IMG/VR virus record: IMGVR_UViG_3300021197_001137
Span: 1-61,953 of that record
Reading direction: 5' to 3' (one strand)
Length of the DNA stretch: 61,953 nucleotides
Origin: a virus
Taxonomy: Duplodnaviria > Caudoviricetes
The translations under genes were made by a program, and so were the position numbers. A model generated the notes under the pieces. That model was not told the DNA's origin. It did not search any database and was given only the letters and a program-made list of their open reading frames with translations. This document shows, piece by piece, positions 45,326 through 56,936 of the stretch (positions are counted from its first letter, which is position 1; each line of letters opens with the position of its first letter).

Positions 45326-46756
45326 ATGGCAGGATCATTTACGGGTAGCGCAGGAGCATTAGCTCACTTAACGCCACGCCCAACACAAACTTTGTTTAAT
45401 GATAATTACTTATCATTAGATGACATGAAATTTACACAACAGTTCTTACCAGAAGTGTATGAAAAAGAAGTGGAGAGATACGGAAATCGTACTATCTCTG
45501 GATTCTTAAGAATGGTAGGAGCAGAAATGCCTATGGCTTCTGATACAGTAGTATGGTCTGAACAAGGACGTTTGCATATTGCTTACGATGACGTAGAGGT
45601 TACAACTACAACTGTAGTTATACCAGCAGGAGCAAATGCTACTAACAAAAACCTTATTGGAGCTGGAGCTACAATAGCAGTTTCTAATGAAGCTGGTACT
45701 GTAGTAGAAAAGGCTTATGTTAAAAAAGTAGTTGTAGCAGGAACTGGAGTTGCAACTTTAACGGTAGCAGGTTACAAAGGAAACTTAACACCGGTAGCTG
45801 CAGGAAAAGGAAAAGTATTTGTATACGGTTCTGAATATGGAAAAGGTTCTGCTAACGCGGGAACTTCTGTAGACGCTGCTTTTGAGCAATTTAATAACAA
45901 GCCAATTATCCTTAGAGATAAGTACAATGTAAACGGTTCTGACACCGCTCAAATCGGGTGGGTAGAAGTAACTACTGAAATTGGAACATCAGGGTATTTA
46001 TGGTATTTGAAATCAGAGCACGAAGCTCGAATCCGTTTTGAAGACCAATTAGAAATGGCAATGATTGAAGCTGAAAAAGCAACTGTAACAATCAACACTG
46101 ACCCAATTAATGAATTTGGAGGTGGTAATGTTATATCAGGTTCTGACGGACTTTTTGCTGCTATTGAGGCAAGAGGATTAGTTTATGAAGGAGCTGATTT
46201 TGACGGAACAGCTGCTGGAGAGGGTATTACAGAATTTGATACTATTTTAGCGGAGCTTGATAAGCAAGGAGCTATTGAAGAGAATATGATGTTCTTAGAT
46301 AGGGGTACTGCTTTGAGTATCGACAACATGTTAGCTGCACAAAATTCTTACGGAGCAAATGGTACATCTTATGGTGTATTTGAGAACTCTGAAGATATGG
46401 CACTTAACTTAGGATTTTCTGGTTTCAGACGTGGATCTTACGATTTCTACAAAACAGACTGGAAATACTTAAACGACGCTACAACTCGTGGTTTAGTTGG
46501 GGATATCGAAGGTGTTATTGTTCCTGCTGGAACTTCAACAGTTTACGACCAAATGCTAGGACAGAATATTTCAAGACCTTTCTTACACATTCGCTACAGA
46601 GCTTCTGAAGCTGATGATCGTAGATTAAAATCTTGGATTACTGGATCAGTAGGAGGAAACTACACTAGTGACGAAGACGCAATGAACGTACATTTCTTAT
46701 CAGAAAGATGTTTATGTGTGCAAGCCGCTAACAACTTTGTATTATTGAAAAAATAG
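45326..46756 (+). CDS. Major capsid protein
   Basis: Position and size, biased codon usage, followed by a terminator hairpin. Confidence 0.85.
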   Translation: MAGSFTGSAGALAHLTPRPTQTLFNDNYLSLDDMKFTQQFLPEVYEKEVERYGNRTISGFLRMVGAEMPMASDTVVWSEQGRLHIAYDDVEVTTTTVVIPAGANATNKNLIGAGATIAVSNEAGTVVEKAYVKKVVVAGTGVATLTVAGYKGNLTPVAAGKGKVFVYGSEYGKGSANAGTSVDAAFEQFNNKPIILRDKYNVNGSDTAQIGWVEVTTEIGTSGYLWYLKSEHEARIRFEDQLEMAMIEAEKATVTINTDPINEFGGGNVISGSDGLFAAIEARGLVYEGADFDGTAAGEGITEFDTILAELDKQGAIEENMMFLDRGTALSIDNMLAAQNSYGANGTSYGVFENSEDMALNLGFSGFRRGSYDFYKTDWKYLNDATTRGLVGDIEGVIVPAGTSTVYDQMLGQNISRPFLHIRYRASEADDRRLKSWITGSVGGNYTSDEDAMNVHFLSERCLCVQAANNFVLLKK

Positions 46757-46774
46757 TACTAAATTAATGTAATC

Positions 46775-46813
46775 GTTACCCTCGTTTTATTAACGGGGGT
46801 AGCCTTTACTTTT
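46775..46813 (+). terminator. Terminator after the major capsid gene
   Basis: GTTACCCTCGTT-TTATT-AACGGGGGTAGC followed by a T-rich tract. Confidence 0.7.
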
Positions 46814-46838
46814 ATAAATTATTTAATTATATTATATC

Positions 46839-47678
46839 ATGGCTAAAAAAGCTAAAGAAGCAGAAACACCTATTGAGGTTGCACCTCAGCCAATTGCTAA
46901 AAAAGAAGCAATTAAAAAACAAATTATAGAAGCACCAAAGAAACCTGTGTTTGAGTTTAAGGACAGGGTTTATGTGCTAAAAGGAGACAAGCACCCTATA
47001 GTGTATTCAATGCAATCCAAACATTCTTCAAGAAAGCCTTTGCTTTATTTTGATAAAGAACTTGGTTTTCAAAGAGAATTAAGATATGCAACTAATCAAA
47101 AATCACCTTTTGCCGACGAACAAAAAGGTAATGCTACATTAGGCAGAATAGTTTTTAGGGATGGCACTTTAACCGTACCTAAAGAAAATGTAATACTTCA
47201 AAAATTTCTTTCAATATATCATCCAAACAAAGACGTTAAATACTATGAGCATGACCCTGTGTCTATATCAGAAAACGAAATTGATTGGATTGAGTTGGAA
47301 TTGCAGGCTTTAACAGCTGCTAAAGCAATGTCCACTGAAGAAGCTGAAGCTATACTAAGGGTTGAAATTGGAAGTAAAGTCTCTGGGCTTTCTTCAAGTG
47401 AACTTAAGAGAGATCTTATGATATTTGCAAAAAGAAATCCAACTTTATTTATAAATTTAGCAACTGATGACAACGTGCATTTAAGAAACGTTGGAGCTAA
47501 AGCAGTAGAAGCTAAAATTATAACCTTATCCCCTGATCAAAGAACATTTACTTATGGGGAAACAAATAGAAAATTAATGACTGTTCCTTTTGATGAACAT
47601 CCATATTCAGCGTTAGCTGCGTATTTTAAGACAGATGAAGGTATGGAAGTTTACAAAGTTATAGTAAATAAAATTTAG
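46839..47678 (+). CDS. Conserved head-module hypothetical protein
   Basis: ORF track; directly after the MCP. Confidence 0.7.
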   Translation: MAKKAKEAETPIEVAPQPIAKKEAIKKQIIEAPKKPVFEFKDRVYVLKGDKHPIVYSMQSKHSSRKPLLYFDKELGFQRELRYATNQKSPFADEQKGNATLGRIVFRDGTLTVPKENVILQKFLSIYHPNKDVKYYEHDPVSISENEIDWIELELQALTAAKAMSTEEAEAILRVEIGSKVSGLSSSELKRDLMIFAKRNPTLFINLATDDNVHLRNVGAKAVEAKIITLSPDQRTFTYGETNRKLMTVPFDEHPYSALAAYFKTDEGMEVYKVIVNKI

Positions 47679-47688
47679 TAAGTTACTT

Positions 47689-47729
47689 TATAGTAGTTAA
47701 GCTGCTTTAAAGGTGGCTTAACTATTATA
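47689..47729 (+). terminator. Long intergenic hairpin, probable terminator/processing site
   Basis: TATAGTAGTTAAGCTGCT..GGTGGCTTAACTATTATA inverted repeat; no clear U-tract. Confidence 0.55.
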
Positions 47730-47746
47730 AATTAAAAACACATCAC

Positions 47747-48508
47747 ATGGCTGTAAGCATAAACACTGTTTATCAAAGAGTATTAGGAATACTCAACAAA
47801 GAGCAACGAGGGTATGTTACGCCTCAAGAGTTTAATTTATTTGCAAATCAAGCGCAAATGGATTTATTTGAGCAATACTTTTATGATATTAATCAATTCG
47901 GGAGAGTACCAGGAAATTCTACAGAATTTTCCGATATGCTTAGGTTGCTTAATGAAAAAATAGCATTGTTTGAAACTAAAGCAGTTTTAAATTATCAAGC
48001 TGGAACCGACGGGTTTTTTACATTGCCTTCAAACCTATATAGACTTGGCACAATTATATATGCTAATTCTACTACTAGAAATATATTAGATCCTACCCTG
48101 GGGCCTAATACGCCTGTTACAACAACAGAAGATGTAATAGCGGAACGTATAAATCCTAATGAGTTCCTGTACATAAATTCTTCCCCATTAACAAAACCTA
48201 AAAATGTACGCCCTATATACACGGCGGACGATAGAGGCGTTAAAGTATACGGTGACCAAGAAATACAATCTGGAGTTAGCGCTACATATATAAAGCAGCC
48301 ATCTCCGGTAACTTGGGGCTATCAAATAGTATTTAATGAACCTTTATATGACGTTAATACTACCACTAATTTTGAGTTGCACCCTTCAGAGGAAACTGAG
48401 TTAGTTATAAAAATATTAGAAATGTCTGGAATACTTATAAAAGATCTTAATCTATATCAAGTATTTGACAAAGAAGAACAGGAAACTATTCAACAACAAA
48501 AATCTTAA
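47747..48508 (+). CDS. Tail ring/adaptor protein
   Basis: LNKEQRGYVTPQEFNLFANQAQ..FELHPSEE; position in the podovirus tail module. Confidence 0.65.
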   Translation: MAVSINTVYQRVLGILNKEQRGYVTPQEFNLFANQAQMDLFEQYFYDINQFGRVPGNSTEFSDMLRLLNEKIALFETKAVLNYQAGTDGFFTLPSNLYRLGTIIYANSTTRNILDPTLGPNTPVTTTEDVIAERINPNEFLYINSSPLTKPKNVRPIYTADDRGVKVYGDQEIQSGVSATYIKQPSPVTWGYQIVFNEPLYDVNTTTNFELHPSEETELVIKILEMSGILIKDLNLYQVFDKEEQETIQQQKS

Positions 48509-48511
48509 TAC

Positions 48512-49405
48512 ATGGGCTTAATAACAGAAAACAACGAGCAATATTACTTAGGCCCGGACGGACAATGGAACAGTTGGGATGAAAATTATGGTAATTACCA
48601 ATTTATAACAATAAAAGATATTATAAATAATTTTATGATTTCTTATGTAGGTGAGGATAAGATTATACCTAAATTAAAAAGAACCGACGTTGTGTTTCAT
48701 GCAATGCGTGGAATACAAGAATTTAGCTTTGATATATTGCCTTCAATTAAATCGCAAGAGATCGAATTAGGGCCAACCTTAGGCATGGTTTTGCCTCAAG
48801 ACTACGTTAACTATGTAAAACTAACCTGGACTGATTCTAACGGCTTAGAACACGTTATATATCCAGCTATAAATACCTCTAATCCTATACCTATACTACA
48901 GGACGATCGTTTTCAGTATTTATTTGACGAGCAAAACAGACAATTGCTTTTAGCGGAAGATTCTGAAACACAAAAAAGATTTCAAGATAAAACACATAAA
49001 GGCGACGGTATAGGGGAAACACACAGACCAAGTTTTGGAAGAAGATATGGTCTTACTCCGTCCAACGCCCAGTCAAATGGGGTATTTTATATAGATCAAG
49101 TTTCAGGTATTATATATTTTGACTCTAGTCTTTGCAATAAAATTATTACTTTAAAATATATTTCAGACGGGTTAGATTGTAAAGACGAGGATATGACTTT
49201 GCATAAGTTTGCAGAGGAAGCGATGTATAAGCACATAGCTCATTCAGTTTTATCTACTCGTTCTAATGTACCAGAGTATTTAGTAGCTAGGTTTAAAAAA
49301 GAAAAAGCCGCGGCTAAAAGAAATGCAAAATTAAGATTATCAAATATAAAAATAGAAGAAATTGCTCAAGTCATGCGCAATAAATCCAAGCAAATAAAAC
49401 ATTAA
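48512..49405 (+). CDS. Second tail ring/adaptor protein
   Basis: LPQDYVNYVK, LKYISDG motifs; position. Confidence 0.6.
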   Translation: MGLITENNEQYYLGPDGQWNSWDENYGNYQFITIKDIINNFMISYVGEDKIIPKLKRTDVVFHAMRGIQEFSFDILPSIKSQEIELGPTLGMVLPQDYVNYVKLTWTDSNGLEHVIYPAINTSNPIPILQDDRFQYLFDEQNRQLLLAEDSETQKRFQDKTHKGDGIGETHRPSFGRRYGLTPSNAQSNGVFYIDQVSGIIYFDSSLCNKIITLKYISDGLDCKDEDMTLHKFAEEAMYKHIAHSVLSTRSNVPEYLVARFKKEKAAAKRNAKLRLSNIKIEEIAQVMRNKSKQIKH

Positions 49406-49408
49406 CAC

Positions 49409-52400
49409 ATGCCAGAGTTTGTACGCTTATTTCAAGCCGGTAGAATGAACAAAGACCTCGACGAGAGGTTAGTTCCAAACGGTGAATATCGAGATGCTTT
49501 AAATTTAGATTTAGCTAACTCAGAGGGCAGTAATGTGGGGGCTCTTCAAAACTTAAAGGGAACATTAGAATTAAGAGGAAAGTCAGGTAGAAGTTTAGAA
49601 TGGGAAGATAATTTCATAGACTCCTTGCAAAACGCTTCTTGTATAGGATCATATGTAGATCCCTCAACAGAAAAAATATACTGGTTTATAGCATCTGACG
49701 GAGTTAGCGCTATAGCGGAATATGATCAAACTCAAAATGTAGTATTTCCTATTTTAGTTGACACTAATAATATATTAAAGTTTAGCCCGTCTTATCTTAT
49801 AACTGGCATAAATATAATAGAAGGCATTCTTTTGTTTACTGATGATCAAATGGAGCCTAAAAAAATTAATATTGAAAAATTTAGAACTGGCTCCACTGAC
49901 TTTGCAACTCATTCAAAAATACCTGATTACAATCCGTTATCAGAAACTTATAACAATAATTTAGCAGGAAGGCCAGACTTTGCGGAAGAAGACATTACGC
50001 TTATAAAAAAATCACCTCTTACCGCTCCAACACTCAATTTAGCCGCAAGTAAGTTTGGTGCTGATATTCCAGGAACAGGCGTGACGCCGGTTTCAACACT
50101 ATTTACTACTTCAGGTTTAGAAAACTTTACATACATACCAGATACAGTAGAAGCCGCGGGAGATACAGAATCTATGCCTACTCACGGGGTGTATGAAGAT
50201 AATATTGAAACTGATCCAAATTATTATAGCGACAGTAATTTACCTAGCAACTATGGGCAGGGAATAAATATAACGGTAAGCTCTTCTATTGAGGGGGTGT
50301 GGAATGAAGGTGATATAATTTTATTATCAGGATCTTATAGTAACGAGTACAATGAAACTTTTTCATATGAAATTAGGCTTTTAGTTGTTTCTATAATCAA
50401 CCCGGTCAATATAAAGGTAAAAATACTTTCTATTAGCCCAGAAATACAGGTTTTTGAAAACCCAGTTATATGGGATTGTATTTTAGAGGAAAAGGAACCC
50501 TTATTTGAATACGTTTTTCCAAGATTTGCATATAGATGGAAATATGAAGATGGAGAGTATTCTTGTTATTCAACGTTTAGCGATGTGGCTTTTGTAGGAG
50601 CAGAGTTTGCATACCTGTCATCAGACGGGCATAACAAAGGCATGTCCAATAATATTAGAAAGCTAATAGTTGAAAACTTAACTTGGGGTAGCGACGAGGT
50701 TATAGAATTAGATATTCTTTACAAAGAAGATAGCTCACCTGCTGTTTACGTTGTAGATACATTAAAAAAGAAAAATTACTCTCCTTATTTTGGGGTAGAT
50801 AGTTTACCCACGGATTTTAATATAATATCTGAAATAATCGGTAACATAGTAGAATCTAACCAGCTTTTACGACCATGGGATAACGTTCCAAGAAAAGCAA
50901 AGTCACAAGAAGTGATAGGAAACAGGGTTGTATTTGCTAATTATTTACAAAATTATCCTGTTACTACGGTTAGCTTAAACGCCGCGGCTTTAAGTCAGCC
51001 TCACCCAGATCAATCCTCCGATAACGATTATAATAGAGCTAAAAAATCTATAAAGTCAATAAGGAACTACCAAACAGGCGTTGTTTTTAAAGACGAGTAT
51101 GGCAGAGAAACACCTGTGGTTACAGATTCTTCTGCTGGCGTTGATTTTTCCGTATTTAATTCAAATGACATTAATAAAATAGAGTTATCTCCTTCCGGGG
51201 ACGCTCCAGATTGGGCTACTCATTATAAGTTTTTTATAAAAGATATATCTAATGAATATTATAATTTAGCTTTAGATAGATTTTACCCCGCTGAAGATGG
51301 CAATGTTTGGCTGTCGTTCCCTTCGTCCGAAAGAAACAAAGTAACAGAGGACACTTATTTGATACTTAAAAAGCAGCACGCAACGCCTGAGTCTGTGGAA
51401 GAGCTTTTAAAATATAGAATACTCTCTATATCCAACGAAGCGCCTACATTTATAAAAAGAAGAAGAAAAGCAATTGGTAGGTCTGACGTAACCACTATAT
51501 CTTCAGCTAGACCTCAAGTAGGCAGTGTATTTTTTAAATTTACTGGACCTTCCGCTGATGCAGATCCTAATTTTGCAGGAGGTTTTTCTTCTAATGCTTC
51601 TTTGCGCATAAGTTTTGGTTCAAATTCAACAGATGTTTATGAGATACAATCTGGTGGACCAACAGGGGCTGGTAATCAATATGGTGTTTCTATAGACACA
51701 CCTTTAGGGGATGAAGCCTTTTTCTTAAATTCTTTACCAGTAGGCTCATCAATAACTATAGTTTTATTTGAAGAGGAAGATAAAGAATTGCCGGAATTTA
51801 GCGGTAGGTTTTTTGCTAAAATAAATAGAGATGTTGGGTTTGAAAAGAATGTGGTCGACACATTCCCTATACAAGAGGATGAGTACGGTATAAAAAATTC
51901 TTTTCAAGTTTTACCATTTAAAACCCAAGGAAACGGCGACAGTTCTCAACAAGCTGTGTGGTATGATAAAGGTAATAATTCCGGTAGCAGCAGCAGAAGA
52001 AGGCCTCATGGTCACCAATGCCCTTGGAAATACCCGGGAGAATGTGCTGACAAGACAAAGTGGACCGTAATGGTACATGGATTACTCAGAGAGGATAGAA
52101 ACAATCCTGCTTCGTGGCTTGGAGGATCAATGGAAGATCTTTCTAAAGTTGGCACTTATATTAGGTTTGCAGATGCCGCTGGAAATATAGGGCAAATATA
52201 TAGTATAAGAGCAACAGATAGAGCATTTAAGAGAAGAGGTCTGAGGTCAAGCAATTCAAACTATGACAACTTCAGTAATGGTAGAAATCAATGGAATATA
52301 ACATTTAACGAACCATACGAGGACTTCGGCTTATTTTCAAATAGAGTGGGATCAAACCCTATAGCTCAAATACAAATATTAGAAAAAGTTCCTAAAGAAG

Positions 52401-54736
52401 AAAATAAAACATTGTCTTCTACGGACCCGGCTATATTTGAAACAGAACCTAAAGAGGCTATTGATTTAGATATATACTATGAAGCTAGCGATGCTTTACC
52501 AATATCTCAATTTAATCAGCCTTACACCTTAAGTTATTACAATGCTTTTAGCTTTGGGAATGGAGTAGAGTCAAATAGAATTAGAGATGATTTTAATGCG
52601 GCTACAATAGCTAAAGGTGTAAAAGCTTCTTCTATAATAGATGAGCCTTATGCTGCAGAAAGAAGGGGCAGTGGATTTATATTTTCACAAATATTTAATT
52701 CAACTTCTGGAATTAATAGACTTAATCAGTTCATACAAGCGGAAGCTATAACAAAAGATTTGAACCCGGTACATGGTACAATACAAAAACTACATGCCCG
52801 TGATACTGATCTAATTACCCTTTGCGAGGACAAGTGTTTTAGAATTTTAGCAAATAAAGACGCTTTATTTAACGCTGATGGTAATTCTCAGTTAACCGGT
52901 AACAAAGCAGTTTTAGGACAAAGTGTACCGTATGCAGGAAACTATGGTATATCTAAAAACCCAGAGTCTTTTGCGTCTCATGCTTTTAGAGCTTACTTCT
53001 CAGACAAAAATCGAGGAGCGGTTATTAGACTATCTAGAGATGGTATTACTGTTATTTCCGAGAAGGGCATGGAGGATTTCTTTGCGGATAATACTTATAC
53101 TTCTACAAAAATTATAGGAAGCTATGACGAAGATAAAGATTTATACAATATAACTTTAAATAAGCTTTCTAATGATTGGGAAAAAATACTTTCTCAAGAC
53201 AAAGAATATAATTTGACCGTAGAGTGTGATTCTCAAACAGAACCTAATAGCGTTTGTGAAGCTACTACAGTGTCTTTTAAAGAAAAAGTAGACGGTTGGA
53301 CAAGCAGAAAAAGTTTTATTCCGGAAAGTGGGGTTTCTTTAAATAATGAATATTATACATTTAAAAATGGTTTAATGCACCACCACAACGGAGGAAGCAT
53401 TAGAAATAATTTTTACGGAATACAATACAATAGTACTGTAAATGTTCTTTTTAATGAAATGCCACAAGTTGTAAAAGGTTTTAGTGCTTTAAATTACACA
53501 GGAACAGTCGCTCGTGAAATAGAATATTTATATAATAACGTATGGTACTCTATAGCTGAAATAAATGCTAGTCAAATAATCCCTACAGCATCCAGAATTA
53601 AAAGAGAAGGCTGGTATACTAATTACATTAGAACAAATTTAGAGGCTGGAGAGGTTAAAGAATTTGAAAATAAAGAGGGGAAATATTTTAACTACATAAA
53701 AGCTTTGCATGTGTGTAAGCTAGGAGACGGGATAGGCGAACCCGATGTGGTAGACCCTGACCCTCAAAATTATATTCTTACGGTTACTATAGACCCTGAA
53801 TGCAGTGGGTCTGGAGGCACTGTGCCTGATACAACACAGTTTTTTATTAATATATGGGATAACACTAAAAATGACCCAATTTATGATTTAAACATAGAAT
53901 CACTAACAACTGCACAAGAAGTTAAATGTGCTATAGAGGATCATTACAATTTAGTAAATCAAAATTACACCGGCGTTTTAAACGATGGAACCGCATTTTC
54001 ATATGTTTTAGCAGATGGTTTACAGCCAGGCACTCAAATGTACAACAACTTAACTAATGAGCCTATTACTAGCGCAGGGGCTTATTTGTTTGTTGGTGTC
54101 GGCCAATATTTAGCAGCATTAACGGTGGATCACGCTGGGTTAGACTATAACAACTCTACGCCTGTTCCGCTTACATATTATGTAATGATACTAAATTCTA
54201 GCGGGGTAATAGCTTCATATACACAATATAGTACACTAACAGCGTGTCAAGGCGATCCAGATAGATCACTAAGAGGCACAGGTGCGCTTAGTAGTCCTAT
54301 GCCGGGTGTTTCTGGTTATAATTTTAGTATACCTTTCAAGACAAGCCAACAGGTCGTATGTGGTATTAAACAATTTATGATAACCTACAATAGTCTGGAT
54401 CCTCAAGAAAGAAATCAAGGATGGAGTGTACCTACTCTTTATTGGTATGGGCCAGGTGATTTTCAAGTTGGAACGCAGCTTTATAGCTACACGGTCGCTC
54501 AAGGTTTTTTCAAAAAGAATCACAATTCACAAGGTAACCCTGGCGCATTTGGTAGAAAAGAAGTTTATAGATTAGGAAATGCTTGGAATGGGCAGTTAAT
54601 GCATCCTTTTGGTAACTACTGGACATCAAGCACAACTGTAGATGATGAATGGTTTATAATTACCACCAACACTCTTGGAGTTATAACCGCGATAGAGCAA
54701 TACAATACATTTGACTTTAATTGTACAACGCCATAA
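49409..54736 (+). CDS. Tail nozzle/muzzle (stabilisation) protein
   Basis: MNKDLDERLVPNGEYRDALN N-terminus; YGISKNPESFA..D..RGAVIRLSRDG beta-propeller-type motifs. Confidence 0.75.
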   Translation: MPEFVRLFQAGRMNKDLDERLVPNGEYRDALNLDLANSEGSNVGALQNLKGTLELRGKSGRSLEWEDNFIDSLQNASCIGSYVDPSTEKIYWFIASDGVSAIAEYDQTQNVVFPILVDTNNILKFSPSYLITGINIIEGILLFTDDQMEPKKINIEKFRTGSTDFATHSKIPDYNPLSETYNNNLAGRPDFAEEDITLIKKSPLTAPTLNLAASKFGADIPGTGVTPVSTLFTTSGLENFTYIPDTVEAAGDTESMPTHGVYEDNIETDPNYYSDSNLPSNYGQGINITVSSSIEGVWNEGDIILLSGSYSNEYNETFSYEIRLLVVSIINPVNIKVKILSISPEIQVFENPVIWDCILEEKEPLFEYVFPRFAYRWKYEDGEYSCYSTFSDVAFVGAEFAYLSSDGHNKGMSNNIRKLIVENLTWGSDEVIELDILYKEDSSPAVYVVDTLKKKNYSPYFGVDSLPTDFNIISEIIGNIVESNQLLRPWDNVPRKAKSQEVIGNRVVFANYLQNYPVTTVSLNAAALSQPHPDQSSDNDYNRAKKSIKSIRNYQTGVVFKDEYGRETPVVTDSSAGVDFSVFNSNDINKIELSPSGDAPDWATHYKFFIKDISNEYYNLALDRFYPAEDGNVWLSFPSSERNKVTEDTYLILKKQHATPESVEELLKYRILSISNEAPTFIKRRRKAIGRSDVTTISSARPQVGSVFFKFTGPSADADPNFAGGFSSNASLRISFGSNSTDVYEIQSGGPTGAGNQYGVSIDTPLGDEAFFLNSLPVGSSITIVLFEEEDKELPEFSGRFFAKINRDVGFEKNVVDTFPIQEDEYGIKNSFQVLPFKTQGNGDSSQQAVWYDKGNNSGSSSRRRPHGHQCPWKYPGECADKTKWTVMVHGLLREDRNNPASWLGGSMEDLSKVGTYIRFADAAGNIGQIYSIRATDRAFKRRGLRSSNSNYDNFSNGRNQWNITFNEPYEDFGLFSNRVGSNPIAQIQILEKVPKEENKTLSSTDPAIFETEPKEAIDLDIYYEASDALPISQFNQPYTLSYYNAFSFGNGVESNRIRDDFNAATIAKGVKASSIIDEPYAAERRGSGFIFSQIFNSTSGINRLNQFIQAEAITKDLNPVHGTIQKLHARDTDLITLCEDKCFRILANKDALFNADGNSQLTGNKAVLGQSVPYAGNYGISKNPESFASHAFRAYFSDKNRGAVIRLSRDGITVISEKGMEDFFADNTYTSTKIIGSYDEDKDLYNITLNKLSNDWEKILSQDKEYNLTVECDSQTEPNSVCEATTVSFKEKVDGWTSRKSFIPESGVSLNNEYYTFKNGLMHHHNGGSIRNNFYGIQYNSTVNVLFNEMPQVVKGFSALNYTGTVAREIEYLYNNVWYSIAEINASQIIPTASRIKREGWYTNYIRTNLEAGEVKEFENKEGKYFNYIKALHVCKLGDGIGEPDVVDPDPQNYILTVTIDPECSGSGGTVPDTTQFFINIWDNTKNDPIYDLNIESLTTAQEVKCAIEDHYNLVNQNYTGVLNDGTAFSYVLADGLQPGTQMYNNLTNEPITSAGAYLFVGVGQYLAALTVDHAGLDYNNSTPVPLTYYVMILNSSGVIASYTQYSTLTACQGDPDRSLRGTGALSSPMPGVSGYNFSIPFKTSQQVVCGIKQFMITYNSLDPQERNQGWSVPTLYWYGPGDFQVGTQLYSYTVAQGFFKKNHNSQGNPGAFGRKEVYRLGNAWNGQLMHPFGNYWTSSTTVDDEWFIITTNTLGVITAIEQYNTFDFNCTTP

Positions 54737-54749
54737 CAAATAAAACAAT

Positions 54750-56927
54750 ATGCCAGTTACTCATAATAATTACATTTTTTCACCTGCTGTTTATACGGTT
54801 ATAGAGAATGGTAACCTAGTATTAGAAGTAGGATCTGCAACTATAACAATTTCTGCGGCAAATGGATATGCTGTTAGTGCAGGGGACTTTTCTTTAGACC
54901 CTAGTTTTTCTAACCCATATGTGGATAGCGTTAGTTTTACTCAAAGTGGCGATAACGTTATATGCACTGTTGTTTTTAAACCAAATGTAACAATGCCTTC
55001 TTCAAATTTAACAATACCTTTATGTATTATTGGGGAAGCTAATGTTAATTTGGTTCTTATTTCAGGCACCTACACTTCTGTTGTGGGGGCAAACATAACG
55101 CCTGTTAGTCAGACTGATGTTCCTTACGCTGGTTCCGGCAGCCCAGGGCAGACTGTATCTTTATTTTCTAAAACTTTTACTGCAGATACGGGGTACTACA
55201 TGAATGTAGCTCCCAGCGCTCAAATAATAGAAGGCAACCAGTCTAATTATACTATAAGCCAAACACCTGGGTATAATTCCGAAAATCAGTTAACATCTAT
55301 TGGGTATGAAATTTCATACACATTCCCAATTAGTGATGTTTCAGGAGATGAGATTAGACTTAATATACCTAAAGCAAGCGCAATATACGTACCTTCTCAG
55401 GAGATAACAGCATGGTCAATACCTTTATCTGTAATACCAGATTTTGGTGATACTAGATTATTGAATGTATCAGGTGAAGAAGGAGCAGTGTATAGCATAA
55501 CTTTAACAGATGGTATTACAACACAGAACATAGCCCAGAATATTACAATGGGTGCTTCTGGCCTTCAACAATATAATATTGAGTTTTTGGAAAATGCTAC
55601 AAATTCAAATATTAATTGGACATTAAGCATAACTGGAGATATAGCTTCTTCTGTAAATACTCCTATAGAGCTTGTTCAGGCAAATAAAATTCAAGGTTAT
55701 TGGGAGCCTAAAACATCTAGTAATTTACAAGGAGGATTTAGCGTAGAAAATATAGGTGATTATATAGCCGCGCCAGCACCAAATTCAGATATGGCTATTG
55801 TTGAAATACAATGGATTATATCCTCAATAAACGGATCGCCTTTAGCTATTAGCCAGGACATCGGCAATATGCCTTGGGAAAATTTTGAAAATGTAGTAAA
55901 AGAAGTCACAGGCGCTTCTGCAGGAACAGCCACAATGAGCAGCACTGCGGGAATTGTGTCGGGCATGAGATTTAATTTTGACGGCTCAACTACTGCACCT
56001 CTTGATGCCACAGTAACAAGCGTTACCTCAAATAGTATAACTTATATACCAGCGTCTCTTAGCTTAAATAGTGCTGTTGAAATTACCTTTACAAATGCTA
56101 ATGGATTTAATTTTGATCCTTCTGGATTAACATCTGAGCTGTTAACTCCTCCAACTTCGGCGGTTGTTAATGGTCAAATAATAGTCGAAAGATTTGGAGA
56201 TACAAATACAACCTTTAAATTAGACTTAGATAATCTATTCGAAATTGTTTCTTTAAATAGCGTGTTTTTATTGCAAGGTAAATCATCCAACGAAGCTTGT
56301 TGTAGCCTTTCCTCTACGGAATACTTTATGGACACTGCGTCGTTTACAACAGCCACAAAAATATTTGAAGACAACGCTGGCCAAATTTTAGCTCAAGGGC
56401 CGTTATATTATTCTAGTAATGGAGTTCACAGATTATGGAGTGGCGCAGAATTTTCAACCGGACCTGTAAATTGCGTTAGCTGCTCTGCAAATGGACCATA
56501 CACTTTACAATATGATTCAAGCCCTGGCACCGGCTCTTGCTGCACAACAACATCTGCAACTGTTTATTTAGATACGACGTTATTGTCCACAGCAACTGAA
56601 ATATATACAGACGCCTCGGGTACGGTTACTACTCAAAGTGGTAGTTACTCTGATGGGACTATATATAGAAATTACGATGCGACCACCTCAACTTTCCAAA
56701 CAGCAGCCATTGCATGTCCTGATTGTTATACCGCATTAACGCTGTGTTACGCAACAACTCAAACAGCTCTTTGCTGTGGTAACAAGCAATCAGTAACGGT
56801 CTATGTTCCTGCAGGGGAAAACTTTACAACGGCTACAAATTTCTACGCTACTACCGCGTTAAGCGGAGGTGCTCTAGCTCCTAACGGGTATTATAGCGAA
56901 GACTTTAATTGTTCAATTCAACCTTAA
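54750..56927 (+). CDS. Virion surface protein with Ig-like and Cys-rich repeats
   Basis: Ser/Thr-rich beta strands; three C-terminal CC..AT.IY..G.YS repeats. Confidence 0.6.
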   Translation: MPVTHNNYIFSPAVYTVIENGNLVLEVGSATITISAANGYAVSAGDFSLDPSFSNPYVDSVSFTQSGDNVICTVVFKPNVTMPSSNLTIPLCIIGEANVNLVLISGTYTSVVGANITPVSQTDVPYAGSGSPGQTVSLFSKTFTADTGYYMNVAPSAQIIEGNQSNYTISQTPGYNSENQLTSIGYEISYTFPISDVSGDEIRLNIPKASAIYVPSQEITAWSIPLSVIPDFGDTRLLNVSGEEGAVYSITLTDGITTQNIAQNITMGASGLQQYNIEFLENATNSNINWTLSITGDIASSVNTPIELVQANKIQGYWEPKTSSNLQGGFSVENIGDYIAAPAPNSDMAIVEIQWIISSINGSPLAISQDIGNMPWENFENVVKEVTGASAGTATMSSTAGIVSGMRFNFDGSTTAPLDATVTSVTSNSITYIPASLSLNSAVEITFTNANGFNFDPSGLTSELLTPPTSAVVNGQIIVERFGDTNTTFKLDLDNLFEIVSLNSVFLLQGKSSNEACCSLSSTEYFMDTASFTTATKIFEDNAGQILAQGPLYYSSNGVHRLWSGAEFSTGPVNCVSCSANGPYTLQYDSSPGTGSCCTTTSATVYLDTTLLSTATEIYTDASGTVTTQSGSYSDGTIYRNYDATTSTFQTAAIACPDCYTALTLCYATTQTALCCGNKQSVTVYVPAGENFTTATNFYATTALSGGALAPNGYYSEDFNCSIQP

Positions 56928-56936
56928 TATATAATT